NCBI GenBank assembly: GCA_964016885.1
Contig: OZ024743.1
Coordinates: 357,120,001-357,184,000 of the forward strand
Direction of reading: 5' to 3'
DNA length: 64,000 nucleotides
Origin: Eledone cirrhosa
Lineage: Eukaryota
Position 1 is the first letter of the stretch, and each line of letters begins with the position of its first letter. This document shows, one piece after another, positions 13,112-24,196 of the stretch. Under the pieces are notes generated by a model, which did no database searches, was not told the origin of the DNA, and saw only the letters and a list, made by a program, of their open reading frames with translations. The position numbers and the translations under genes are program-made.

Positions 13112-15211
13112 ATGGCTACCAAAAAAAAAAAATTTCATACGTCACTCCCACTCATTCCGTCTTCTTCTTCCTCAATCATCACTACAGGAGAGAGAAGATT
13201 GTCTCTCTCCCTCCCTTCTTTAAATGTGTCTCTCTCCCTACCTTCTCTTTCGCAAGCGACGAAAGAAAAGAAAAGTCTCGTGCAAAGCGTGCAAGGTTTC
13301 TCCACGACGACGACGACAGCGACGAAACAGGTGTGCGGGAAATACGAAAACCCAGTTCATTCGTCTGACGTCAGGAATAATAGCAGTAGCAGCCGTAATA
13401 ACAACAGCAACAGTGACAATGAAAACAACAGTAGCAGCCGCAACAGCATCACCAGCAGCATAAACAACAACACCATTAGCAGCAGCAACACCAACAACAA
13501 CCACAGCAACAGCGGCGGAGGCAGTAGTCGTAGTACCTGCAGCAACAACAAAAGTACCAGCAGCTCTGACGACAACAACAACAGCAGAGAAAAACCAATC
13601 TCATTTGCAGGTATTGCGAAAAACCTGGAAACAATCCTCATAACAAATGAGGAATTAGAGGAAGCGAAGAAGATGGTGACAAAGAACGGACACCGAGCAA
13701 TCTGCAAGGCAGCGAAAAATTTTTTCGAAACCCAAGAGCACTGTACGGTCACGTACCGTACAGTAAGTACAAAATCCCGTAGGGTGGAAAGAGCCACAGA
13801 GGCCCAAATACAAAAAGCCTTGGGGTCTGTGTGGCAGAGGAAAACGCACATCACCCGAGGCAAAAAATACGCCACCGTAGACGTACTTTTTGCCACACCC
13901 CAGGAGGCAAAGGCCCAATCAGTAGTGACCCTAAGGAGCGAGGAAATGGTGTTGGTGCCCTCCTACTGCGGGCAAAAAATTGTGAGGGTCAAACTGACCC
14001 ACGTCCCCCCCGGAATGACCCCTTCTTGGCTGGCCGCGTCTGTCCTCGTCGGAATCGAGGACAAAACAACTGTACTGCAAGTACAGAAAAAAGTAAGAGA
14101 AGATTGGGTCGGCTCCTCCATTGAGATGCTAATACAAACCAACCAGGAGTGCATCGAAGCTATCCCGGATGTGATAGACTTCGATAACGGCACTCAACTG
14201 CCCATAAGTGTTGAGGGCAAACGCCCGAAATGCTTTCGCTGTGGATCGAAGACTCACCTCAGGGCCTTCTGCAACGAGAAGACCCTGAGAAAGGAGAAAA
14301 CCCCCCTCCTCCCGAATCCGGTTCCACGGCTACCAGCAACAGGACAAGCGGCAACCAGGAACGATAGGTCCGTGGCACCCATACCCACTCCACGGAAATC
14401 AAAGACAGCAGCAGCAGTGGAAATATTAACAACAACAACAGCAATACCAAATGCAGCTGCAACAGAGACTCCAGTGCAAACATCACCAACAACAACAAGT
14501 GAAAGAGTGGAGCTGGTACCCCTCCCCGACCTTACAGAATCAGACATGGAGTGTGAGGTGGGAGAGGGATGGCAAAAGGTCTCAAGAAGGCACAAACGCA
14601 GAAGCAGCGCATCGTCGCCTTTGAAAAGGGAGGAAAGAAATGAGAAAAGGGTAAAGTCTACTGCAAAGAGACCCACAGCAGCAACACCACCAACACCATC
14701 ACCACCCACACCAGCACCACCATCACCACCGGCGACAACCCCACCGCCAACAACACCTTCAACACCACCACCACAAGCACCAACATCGCAAACACAACAA
14801 CAAAACACACACACCCAGCAACAACGACAAGAAAATAGCAGAACCACACCCCACCCCCAGAAAAACAAATGCACGGCAATAAACACACACAACAAGAAAC
14901 TAATGACTTACATAATTGAACACACAGACATTTCACAACAGGACTACATAATACCAGCACCAATCAAAACGCCAACTAACATAAGACTGCTAAAAATAGC
15001 ACAGAAACAATACACAAACATTAAAACGAAATTCCCCAACGCAGTTGGTGATTTCAGGGACCTAGGAGGAACCATTAATCGAAGAGTATATTCAGACATT
15101 CTCTTAGAAGAGCCGACGACCAGCCGAAGGGACGATTCAACGGTCCCTTCACCAGACGATCAAGTGAAAAGGGATGTAAAAACCATCCCTCCTCTACCAA
15201 AAATACGGTAA
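13112..15211 (+). CDS. LINE ORF1 (gag-like nucleic-acid chaperone, single CCHC knuckle)
   Basis: First ATG at 13112 (MATKKKKF); CFRCGSKTHLRAFC = CX2CX4HX4C; S/N-rich and P/T-rich low-complexity flanks. Confidence 0.88.
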   Translation: MATKKKKFHTSLPLIPSSSSSIITTGERRLSLSLPSLNVSLSLPSLSQATKEKKSLVQSVQGFSTTTTTATKQVCGKYENPVHSSDVRNNSSSSRNNNSNSDNENNSSSRNSITSSINNNTISSSNTNNNHSNSGGGSSRSTCSNNKSTSSSDDNNNSREKPISFAGIAKNLETILITNEELEEAKKMVTKNGHRAICKAAKNFFETQEHCTVTYRTVSTKSRRVERATEAQIQKALGSVWQRKTHITRGKKYATVDVLFATPQEAKAQSVVTLRSEEMVLVPSYCGQKIVRVKLTHVPPGMTPSWLAASVLVGIEDKTTVLQVQKKVREDWVGSSIEMLIQTNQECIEAIPDVIDFDNGTQLPISVEGKRPKCFRCGSKTHLRAFCNEKTLRKEKTPLLPNPVPRLPATGQAATRNDRSVAPIPTPRKSKTAAAVEILTTTTAIPNAAATETPVQTSPTTTSERVELVPLPDLTESDMECEVGEGWQKVSRRHKRRSSASSPLKREERNEKRVKSTAKRPTAATPPTPSPPTPAPPSPPATTPPPTTPSTPPPQAPTSQTQQQNTHTQQQRQENSRTTPHPQKNKCTAINTHNKKLMTYIIEHTDISQQDYIIPAPIKTPTNIRLLKIAQKQYTNIKTKFPNAVGDFRDLGGTINRRVYSDILLEEPTTSRRDDSTVPSPDDQVKRDVKTIPPLPKIR

Positions 15212-15246
15212 GTGGTCTTTCCCATCTTTTCCACTCTATTTTAAAC

Positions 15247-18200
15247 ATGACCTCACTCAGAATAGGCAGCATAAATGCGCGTGGCTTGGGGTCGTCATGG
15301 AAGCAGGGTCACCTGCTCAACGACCTCAGGTCACTAAACATAGATGTAGTGGCCATCAGCGAGACCAGAATCTCCGAAGCACGGGCCTTCGCACCGATCT
15401 TCGGCGGCTACGATGTGTACGCATCTCCCAGCCGTCCTGGATCGGGTGGAGGAGTTGCTGTGCTTTTTCGGAGAGGTTTGGATCTCGCCATACGGGCCAT
15501 CTTCCTGGACCCAGAGGGTAAGCTGGTGGTGCTGGACGTGACCAGCGGAGACGGGCAAGCTTTCAGGCTAGTGGCCGTCTATGCCCCGACAGGAGCAGGG
15601 CGGCCTGATTTCTTCCGGCGTCTGGAGACCTTTCTTGGAACGTCGCGCTCTTTAGTGTTAGTGGGCGACTGGAACGGGATCTTAGATGCACGCTGGGACT
15701 GTGTGGGATTAGCGGATAGGGGTGGAGGGTGCAAGAGCCTCACCAACCTGCTCAGGCGTTTTGAACTGTCTGACAGGTACCGATTGGATTTCCCGAATGT
15801 GCCAATGTGGACTTGGACAAACCGCATAGGGTCATCCAGATCATATCTAGATAGAGTATTTTGTAGGGAAATAGATAGGTCTAGCATAGGCTGTCCACAA
15901 TTCAAGATAGTCAGCTACACGGACCACAAATTCGTGATCTGTGTGCTTGACTTAGATAGGCTTCATAGACGAGGACCCGGCTACTGGAAGCTAAACGCGT
16001 CCTTACCAGCGCGCAAGGCCTACAGAGACCGGATTAGCGAACTAGTTAAGCGGGCGTTGACGGGGGCCATCGTCAACAACAAGTGGTGGTTTGCTCTGAA
16101 AAGAGCGATTAGAATAGAATCGATTAGGTTTAGTAAGGCTTTAGCAATAGAGAAAAATAGAGCAGAGGGAGAACTAGTTAGAAAATTAGACGAGGCGCTT
16201 AGCAAAGGCATTGCGACCGACGTGCTTGCGGCGAAATTGGCCCTTGACCAATTCTTCAATGCAAAGCACGAAGGCTGCGTTGTCAGAGCTAGGGTGCGTG
16301 CTCTCAGACACGAGGGGACGAAAGCCGTTCAATGGGCCCGAGTGGCGGAGGCGCGTCGTGGCAACAAAGCCACGATCCGGTCTTTGGTGGACCACGACGG
16401 GCGCATGCTACTCGATCCCGGGCAAATGTGTGAAGCTTTTCAGCGACACTTCGCTCAGCTGTTCGGGGGCAGCGGGGGGCCGGGTAGAGGGATGGACTTT
16501 AGTGTCTACCTCGACGGACTGCCGCGGCTCTCGGCCACTGAGGCGAAGTGTTGCGAAAAGCCGATAACAGCCGCTGAAGTAAGGGAGGCAATGACTGGCT
16601 GCACAAGGGGTAAATCGCCTGGTTTGGATGGTCTGCCCTATGAACTTTACGTACAGATGCCAGACTTGTTCGGAGGCCTCTTGGCGGACGTCTACTGCAA
16701 CTGGCAACAGAACGGGAGAATTCCCAGTTCTGTGAGCCGAGGAGCGGTGGCACTGCTGAGAAAGGATCCGAACAAGGGGGATAACATAGACAATTTCCGG
16801 CCCATAACTCTGCTAAACACAGAGTTTAAGATTTTGGCCAAGGTGCTAGCAAAGAGGTTGGCGCTTGTCGTTGGTGGTCTGGTGGGAGAGGCGCAGACAT
16901 GCGCCATTCCCGACAGATCCATCCACGACAACCTCCACCTCATGCGATACATCGTAGAGAGGGTAGCTAGGGAACCTGGCACGGGTGGGTCCTTGATCAA
17001 TTTAGATCAGTCGAAAGCTTTCGATAGGGTCGACCATCGTTACCTAGCGGCAGTCCTGAGGGCGGCTGGCTTTGGGCCCGTCTTCAGAGGCTGGATCGCT
17101 GCCATGCACAGCGACATCTGCTCTGTGGTGAGAGTGAACGGTCACCTGTCGGAACCGTTCAACATCATGCGCTCGGTCCGCCAAGGATGTCCCCTCTCGT
17201 CCCTCTTGTACGTATTGACTCTCGAGCCATTACTGCACAAACTGGAGACGTTGAGGGGAGTCCCGCGCGAACTAGGATGCGGAAGATCCGTGTCAGCATA
17301 TGCGGACGATGTCACCGTAGTGGTGTCGAACGCCAAACACATCGAGGCGATCGGCACTACACTAAGAGAATACGAAGCGGTGACAGGAGCAATGATCAAC
17401 CAGGAAAAGTCAGTGGGCCTGCAGCTCGGCACCTGGAGAGGCAGGTCCATGCCGTCCAACAGCGTCGTCGGGCGCTGGACGGACGGACCGGTTAAATTGC
17501 TAGGGGTCTGGTTCGGTCCGGACCTCCAGACGGACAAAAACTGGGACGAGGTGACGAGCAGGGTGGCTTCTCTCACCCAGAAATGGGCGGAGAGGAAGCT
17601 ATCCCTGAAAGGTCGAGCGGAGGTGGCTAACGCGTACATCGCGTCTGTCATCTGCTACCGCCTAACCGTCGTACCTTGTCCTAAGCCTCGCCTGACTGCG
17701 CTGGAGCGTTTGCTCTTTCGCTTTTTGTGGAAGGGACGTGCTCCGATGGTCAGGCGGTCCATCTGTTGTCAACACCCGCTACGTGGAGGGCTGGGCATGC
17801 CGTGGCTGATGATGCGCAGGCACGCGCTCAGGCTACGACATCTCCACCTCTTCCTCGACGGTGATCAGGTGTGGTCGCCGTTTGCTAGACGCGTTTTTCC
17901 CCAGCTCGTTTCCTTGACGGAGCTGCAGTCCTGGGTCAAGCGAAGACCGAGAGGGAGCGCCTGGAGACTGGAATGTCTTCAGGCGCTCACAGCCCTCGAC
18001 CAATCGGGCAATGTGATCGGTGGAAACTCCACCTCGGCGTTCTATAGAGGATTAGTGGAGGGGAAGAGCGACGACGTACTTGGGGAAACTCTAGGCGTCG
18101 ACGAAAATCAACTAGCCAATCTCTTCGGAAGAACTTTCGGGCCAGGGCCTATGGACAACTTCCAGAAATCTCTGGCCTGGCAGTGCTACCGAGGAGCCTT

Positions 18201-18666
18201 GCCAGTTCGGGATAAACTCTACAGGCATGGAGGTGCCGTCAGCCGGGCATGTCCGAGATGCGCGCAGGGCGACGAAACCGTCCTGCACGCACTCGTCCAG
18301 TGTCCGAAAATTGCTGACTTGTGGGTTTATGTCGAACACCTGCTGTCGCGTTTAGGACGGATCCAGCTATCATCTGAGTCTATCGTGAGGATTGCCCCGC
18401 CCTCCTCCTTTAGCCGGGAAGGGCAGGCAGTTTTTATCTGTCTGGTGGCCATGGCGAAAGAGATAGTATGGTGGACACGTTTGAAAGGGCTGAAGACGAG
18501 CACTTACCTCTTCGGTGATGCTCTGATTGACTTTTTCAAATTTCATTTGAAAAGGAAAATCAGAGTAGAGAAGGAAGTGCTCTCTTTCCAGCATTTTGTT
18601 GAAAGATGGGTGAGAGAAGCAAGAATGGCCCGAGTGAATGGGCCGACTCTGAGTATATATCTGTAA
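15247..18666 (+). CDS. LINE ORF2: APE endonuclease + reverse transcriptase + C-terminal zinc finger (1139 aa)
   Basis: SINARGL, SETR, GDWN, YLDR, TDH (APE); PGLDG, FRPITLLN, DQSKAFDRV, RQGCPLS, YADD (RT); CPRC..ETVLHALVQC. Confidence 0.97.
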   Translation: MTSLRIGSINARGLGSSWKQGHLLNDLRSLNIDVVAISETRISEARAFAPIFGGYDVYASPSRPGSGGGVAVLFRRGLDLAIRAIFLDPEGKLVVLDVTSGDGQAFRLVAVYAPTGAGRPDFFRRLETFLGTSRSLVLVGDWNGILDARWDCVGLADRGGGCKSLTNLLRRFELSDRYRLDFPNVPMWTWTNRIGSSRSYLDRVFCREIDRSSIGCPQFKIVSYTDHKFVICVLDLDRLHRRGPGYWKLNASLPARKAYRDRISELVKRALTGAIVNNKWWFALKRAIRIESIRFSKALAIEKNRAEGELVRKLDEALSKGIATDVLAAKLALDQFFNAKHEGCVVRARVRALRHEGTKAVQWARVAEARRGNKATIRSLVDHDGRMLLDPGQMCEAFQRHFAQLFGGSGGPGRGMDFSVYLDGLPRLSATEAKCCEKPITAAEVREAMTGCTRGKSPGLDGLPYELYVQMPDLFGGLLADVYCNWQQNGRIPSSVSRGAVALLRKDPNKGDNIDNFRPITLLNTEFKILAKVLAKRLALVVGGLVGEAQTCAIPDRSIHDNLHLMRYIVERVAREPGTGGSLINLDQSKAFDRVDHRYLAAVLRAAGFGPVFRGWIAAMHSDICSVVRVNGHLSEPFNIMRSVRQGCPLSSLLYVLTLEPLLHKLETLRGVPRELGCGRSVSAYADDVTVVVSNAKHIEAIGTTLREYEAVTGAMINQEKSVGLQLGTWRGRSMPSNSVVGRWTDGPVKLLGVWFGPDLQTDKNWDEVTSRVASLTQKWAERKLSLKGRAEVANAYIASVICYRLTVVPCPKPRLTALERLLFRFLWKGRAPMVRRSICCQHPLRGGLGMPWLMMRRHALRLRHLHLFLDGDQVWSPFARRVFPQLVSLTELQSWVKRRPRGSAWRLECLQALTALDQSGNVIGGNSTSAFYRGLVEGKSDDVLGETLGVDENQLANLFGRTFGPGPMDNFQKSLAWQCYRGALPVRDKLYRHGGAVSRACPRCAQGDETVLHALVQCPKIADLWVYVEHLLSRLGRIQLSSESIVRIAPPSSFSREGQAVFICLVAMAKEIVWWTRLKGLKTSTYLFGDALIDFFKFHLKRKIRVEKEVLSFQHFVERWVREARMARVNGPTLSIYL

Positions 18667-18926
18667 ACTAAAGGTGGAAAACTGGGAGAGGGCACTTGCC
18701 TTGGTGGTCAGGGTCATTGTGGCTTTTTACTGGGCTTTCTCCACAAATGTCCCTCCGAAGTCTCCCCCCTATTGGGGAATTTTTCATTGTTATTTTCATT
18801 GTTATTTTTGTTACATCCTCTGTTTTTGTTTTTTTACACGCAGAAATGCCCATTTGTACCGTCCTGCATTGTCCTGCACTGTCCTTAATGTCTACTTTAT
18901 GTAAACCCTTGTGGTTAATAAAGAAA

Positions 18927-18973
<47 letters not shown>

Positions 18974-19063
18974 GTTATTATTATTATTATTGTTATTATT
19001 ATTATTATCATCATCATTGTTTTATGGGGTTTTTTTTTGCCGTTGTTTATCATTTTTGCTTAT

Positions 19064-19280
19064 TAGGCAAATTGGCAGAGTGGTTAAGGTCTCGGGTAGA
19101 AGAATACTTGGTGGTATTCGTCCCGTCTTTACATTCTGAGTTCAAAAATTCCCGTTCAGATCAACTTTGCCTTCCATCCTTCCGAGATCGATAAAATAAC
19201 GTACCAATAACGCACTGGGATCGATTTAATTAACTTCCCCCTTTCCTTCCAAAATACAGACTTTGTACCAAATGTACAAG
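19064..19280 (+). mobile_element. Older S1-related SINE
   Basis: TGGCAGAGTGG A box, GAGTTCAAA B box, Nin-like core. Confidence 0.75.
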
Positions 19281-19514
19281 CAGTCATGTTGTTGTTATTG
19301 ATATTCGTTTGACTTTTGGTAGTGCTACTTTGTCCTGTGCCTGTTGAAGGGTTTTGTATAATGTGGGGCTGGGGTGGCATAGAACGCAGACATTCACAGA
19401 AACATTACGTTTGTGTGTTTTAGTATGGGTGGGTGAACTTTACACAATCTCTCTTTCTCTCTCTTTATTTCTCTCTCTTTATCTCTTTATCTCTCTCTCT
19501 CTTTATCTCTCTCG

Positions 19515-19515
<1 letters not shown>

Positions 19516-19564
<49 letters not shown>

Positions 19565-19608
19565 TATATCTTATATATATATATATATATCGTATATATA
19601 TATATACA

Positions 19609-19694
<86 letters not shown>

Positions 19695-19876
19695 GATATA
19701 TATATATATACGATATATATATACGATATATATATATATATATACGATATATATATATATATATAAGATATATCTATATATATATAAGATATATCTATAT
19801 ATCTATATACATATATATATATATACGATATATATATATATACGATATATATATATATACGATATATATATATATA

Positions 19877-19924
<48 letters not shown>

Positions 19925-19934
19925 TATATATATA

Positions 19935-19993
<59 letters not shown>

Positions 19994-20010
19994 CTATATA
20001 TATATATATA

Positions 20011-20047
<37 letters not shown>

Positions 20048-20167
20048 CTATATATATATATATATATATACTATATATATATATATATATATATATACTA
20101 TATATATATATATACTATATATATATATACGATATATATATATATATACGATATATATATATATATA

Positions 20168-20198
<31 letters not shown>

Positions 20199-20278
20199 CT
20201 ATATATATATATACGATATATATATATATATACGATATATATATATATATACGATATATATATATATATATATATATA

Positions 20279-20315
<37 letters not shown>

Positions 20316-20350
20316 AATATATACGATATATATATATATATATATATATA

Positions 20351-20385
<35 letters not shown>

Positions 20386-20393
20386 AATATATA

Positions 20394-20455
<62 letters not shown>
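19516..20455. repeat. About 940-bp interrupted (TA)n microsatellite
   Basis: (TA)n with recurrent cg/c interruptions. Confidence 0.95.
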
Positions 20456-20462
<7 letters not shown>

Positions 20463-20464
20463 TG

Positions 20465-20515
20465 AGATTCTACAGGACTAGAACTGTTTCATTCATTAGA
20501 AATCATCAGGAATCT
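20465..20515 (-). ncRNA. Hammerhead ribozyme (family E, antisense arm)
   Basis: Mirror of 20517-20567. Confidence 0.8.
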
Positions 20516-20568
20516 GAGATTCCTGATGATTTCTAATGAATGAAACAGTTCTAGTCCTGTAGAATCTC
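20516..20568 (+). ncRNA. Hammerhead ribozyme (family E)
   Basis: GAGAUUC-CUGAUGA-u-UUC-uaau-GAA-u-GAA-ACAG-uucuaguc-CUGU-A|GAAUCUC. Confidence 0.85.
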
Positions 20569-20757
20569 ATCTATATTAAAACTTTTATACTCTGCTATGT
20601 ATTGAGTACCTTACTTGCTGTGGTTACCTCCGATTCAACCCGGAATAACGTATATATATATTTAAATATACACGATATATATATATAAATATATATATAT
20701 TTATGCATGCATATATGTATATATGTATATGTTTGTATATATATATATATCGTACAC

Positions 20758-20808
<51 letters not shown>

Positions 20809-21651
20809 TTTAAACTTTACACACATGACGTGTTTGTGTGTAATATACATGAATGATTGTGGCATCTGTTTCTTTCTATTCTCATACCTGCATATTTACA
20901 CACACACCACACATACACATGCACACTCACACACACATACACACTCACACACACATACACGCTCTCATACACACACATACGCCCCCCCCCAACACACACA
21001 TACACACACACACATACACACGCAGACACACAGATACACTCACATACACACACATACCCCCCCCCCAAACACACACATACACAGACACACATACACACGC
21101 ACAGATACACTCACATACACACAGACATACCCCCCCTCCACTCACAGACACACACATACAGATACACTCACACACACAAACACCCTCCCCTCCACACACA
21201 CACTCACATACACACATTATTTTCTCACAACCTGCTGCTTCATAAATAAATATTTATTCCTTCTCTTTCCATCATTCCTTTCCTCTTTCTTTTTTATTAT
21301 AAATTTAATTTTAGCTTCACATTGATTTTACTCTCTCTCTCCCACTCCCTCTCTCTCTGTCTCTCTCTCACACACACACACTCTCTCTCACTCTTACACC
21401 TCCCCCCTCTCTCTATCTCTCTCTCTCTCCTTTCATTCTTTCTCTTCTGCTCTAAACTTCATTCAGTCCCATCACCACCCTCTCTCTTTCTCTCACTCTC
21501 TATCTCTCTCTTTCTGTCTCACAGACACACAGACACACACACTCTCTCTCTCTCTCTTTCTCTCTCACACACACACACACACACACTCTCTCTCTCACAC
21601 ACACACACACTCTCTCTTCCTCTCACACACACACACACACACACTCTCTCT

Positions 21652-21684
<33 letters not shown>

Positions 21685-21722
21685 GCACACACTCTTTCTC
21701 TCTCACACACACACTCACTCTT

Positions 21723-21753
<31 letters not shown>

Positions 21754-22149
21754 GATACACACTCTTTTTCACACACACACACACACACACTCTTTCTCTC
21801 ACACACACACACACTCTCTCTTCCTCTCTCTCTCACACACACACTATCTCTCTCTCTCTCACACACACTTACTCACTGATGCTCCCTCTCTCTCTTATTT
21901 ATCTATATATTTAACCCTGCATCCATTTATCTAACCATCCATTTTTCACCCTTCCATCTCTGCATCTTTATATCTGTCCATCATTCTTTTTATCTATTAG
22001 GACAGCTACCTAGATAGCCAGCTAGCTACACAGCTAGCTAGTTGTCTGCCTAGCTTTGTGGCTATCGATCTCTTAATATTCATCTATCAATCAATCCATC
22101 TCTCCCTATTTCGTCATTTTTATCCATCGATGCACAAACTCCCCCCCCC

Positions 22150-22210
<61 letters not shown>

Positions 22211-22255
22211 CATATAAATACATATATATATATATACATATAAATATATATATAT

Positions 22256-22288
<33 letters not shown>

Positions 22289-22377
22289 TATATATACATA
22301 TATACATATATATACATATATACATATATATATATATATAAATATATACATATATATATATATACATATATATATAC

Positions 22378-22454
<77 letters not shown>

Positions 22455-22474
22455 AGTATGTATATATACGTACA

Positions 22475-22813
22475 TTCATTTTATTACAACTCATCGTTTT
22501 CGGTATGCCTGACCGATTTAACTCACTCGATATGCAAATTAGGCTGCTCAGCCGTTAATTTTCATAAGGAAAGTATATACTTTCGAACGTTCAACTATCT
22601 TGCAGATGGGTATACGGTGCTGATGATAGCTAACAAGCTTGAAACTAGTACATCGTTCCTGTGTCAGTGTTGAACAAAAAGGTGACGTGGTTGCCTTAAC
22701 ACCGTGCGGCATAAATTCAGGCTGTTCAGTTTGTTTACAAACGAACAAAGCGGGCGCTATAATAAGCGTCCGCTAAACTGATACGTACATATATGTATGT
22801 GTACCTGTATGTA

Positions 22814-22863
<50 letters not shown>

Positions 22864-22975
22864 TGCTACTGTACGTCTGTATACATATATGTATGTACGT
22901 ATACATACATACTTACATTTAAGTAAGTGCCATACTAAGAGTGAGAAATGAAATTTCGTTTTCATTTTATTACAA

Positions 22976-22977
<2 letters not shown>
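22475..22977 (+). mobile_element. Family H: 486-bp unit bounded by 17-bp direct repeats, carrying a hammerhead
   Basis: ttcattttattacaact at 22475-22491 and 22961-22977. Confidence 0.55.
22614..22656 (+). ncRNA. Minimal hammerhead ribozyme (family H)
   Basis: ACGGUG-CUGAUGA-u-AGCU-aaca-AGCU-u-GAAA-CUAG-UA|CAUCGU. Confidence 0.82.
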
Positions 22978-23021
<44 letters not shown>

Positions 23022-23048
23022 TGGTAACACAACAGTTAGTTCACCATA

Positions 23049-23088
23049 CCGAGAACAATTGTTTCACCTTAGCGGATCTTCAGCTCGG
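23049..23088 (-). ncRNA. Minimal hammerhead (family I, antisense arm)
   Basis: Mirror of 23095-23134. Confidence 0.7.
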
Positions 23089-23094
23089 AAATTT

Positions 23095-23134
23095 CCGAGC
23101 TGAAGATCCGCTAAGGTGAAACAATTGTTCTCGG
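23095..23134 (+). ncRNA. Minimal hammerhead (family I)
   Basis: CCGAG-CUGAAGA-u-CC-gcuaa-GG-u-GAAA-CAAUUG-UU|CUCGG. Confidence 0.72.
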
Positions 23135-23231
23135 TATGGTGAACTAACTGTTGTGTAACCACTTCTACCTAACTCGTCCCTTGGACTGAGTGCTTTACCA
23201 CTACGGATATTACCTTCCAGTGTTCCACCAC

Positions 23232-23311
<80 letters not shown>

Positions 23312-23478
23312 CATACATATATAAATATACATACATATATATATATATATACATACATATATATATATATATATACACACATATATATATATATATGCAT
23401 ATATATACACATACATATATATACATACATGCATATATATATATATTTGTGTGTGTGTGTGTATGTATATATGTATTT

Positions 23479-23700
23479 GTAAGGTAAACAGAAATAACAA
23501 CACAATCGGTACAGTATATGGAAGGAACATATTAGGTTAACGCTTGAAATAGCAGGAAGAGGGTCTTAACGTTTCGGACGCTAGTCCTTCATCAGAAGAA
23601 AGAATGAGAAATTAGATAGATTGAAGGGACGGGCGGGTTGGAATTGGAAAAAATGTCTTTAGATAAAAATAACAGGTCATTTCATGTTGCCAATCTTTCA
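23479..23700 (-). mobile_element. Family J copy 1 (Penelope-like 3' end)
   Basis: Near-identical to 29028-29247; fragment at 27498-27600. Confidence 0.8.
23564..23599 (-). ncRNA. Minimal hammerhead (family J)
   Basis: UCUU-CUGAUGA-a-GGAC-uagc-GUCC-GAAACGUU|AAGA (AACGUU palindrome). Confidence 0.72.
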
Positions 23701-24009
23701 AATCCTTCGTTTATATATATTGCCAGTGATCGAAACAGGTGGGGGTGTACTCAGAGGAACAGCGTTCCCCAACATTTCAGTTTCTCGTGGTGATGGAGGC
23801 GTTGATCGTGGTAGTCATGTTAGTGTCTACTCACCTCTTTCTTCAAGTCACCTCCACGGTTCCTAAAATCCATTTCTATCCTCCCTCCCCCTCTCTCTCT
23901 CCCTCTTGCATGCGTAAATGTATGAGAGAGAGAAGGAGAACGAGAGAGAGAGCGAGAGAGAGAGCGAGAGAGAGAGAGGAGCTGCTAAGATGGCAGATAT
24001 CATTCTAAA

Positions 24010-24196
24010 AATTGTTTCTACTTTTGGCACAAGGCCAGCAATAACCCAGTGCATTACTGGTACTTTATTTTATCGACCCCCCGTAAGGATGAAAGGCAAA
24101 GTTAACCTCGGCGGGATTTGAACTCAGACTGGCAAGGGTCGTAACTCTATGCGTCAAAGCATGGCGTCCGACCCTCTACCGAAACTGCCAATCCAC
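24010..24196 (-). mobile_element. S1 SINE
   Basis: Full-length reverse copy. Confidence 0.9.

Larger units (their letters stand above)
12899..18929 (+). mobile_element. Full-length Tx1/L1-group non-LTR retrotransposon in (ATT)n
   Basis: Structured 5'UTR, two intact ORFs, 3'UTR ending AATAAAGAAATC+(ATT)n; (ATT)n on both sides. Confidence 0.92.
20456..20650 (+). mobile_element. Family E fold-back copy (perfect 60-bp arms, 1-nt loop)
   Basis: 20456-20515 and 20517-20576 inverted; tail with GAGTACC (20604-20610); TA flanks. Confidence 0.88.
23019..23233 (+). mobile_element. Family I fold-back (73-bp arms, no loop)
   Basis: 23019-23091 and 23092-23164, one mismatch; tail with GAGTGCT (23188-23194); TA flanks. 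Confidence 0.85.

Noticed and set aside
13224-18717. Alternative-frame and antisense ORFs inside the LINE
   Set aside because: Shadows of the GC-rich ORF1/ORF2; no recognisable motifs
22606-22681. Possible exon (ttgcag|ATGGGT...AAAAG|gtgac) or enhancer (ATGCAAAT, TGTTTAC nearby)
   Set aside because: Stops in all three frames; better explained by the hammerhead element
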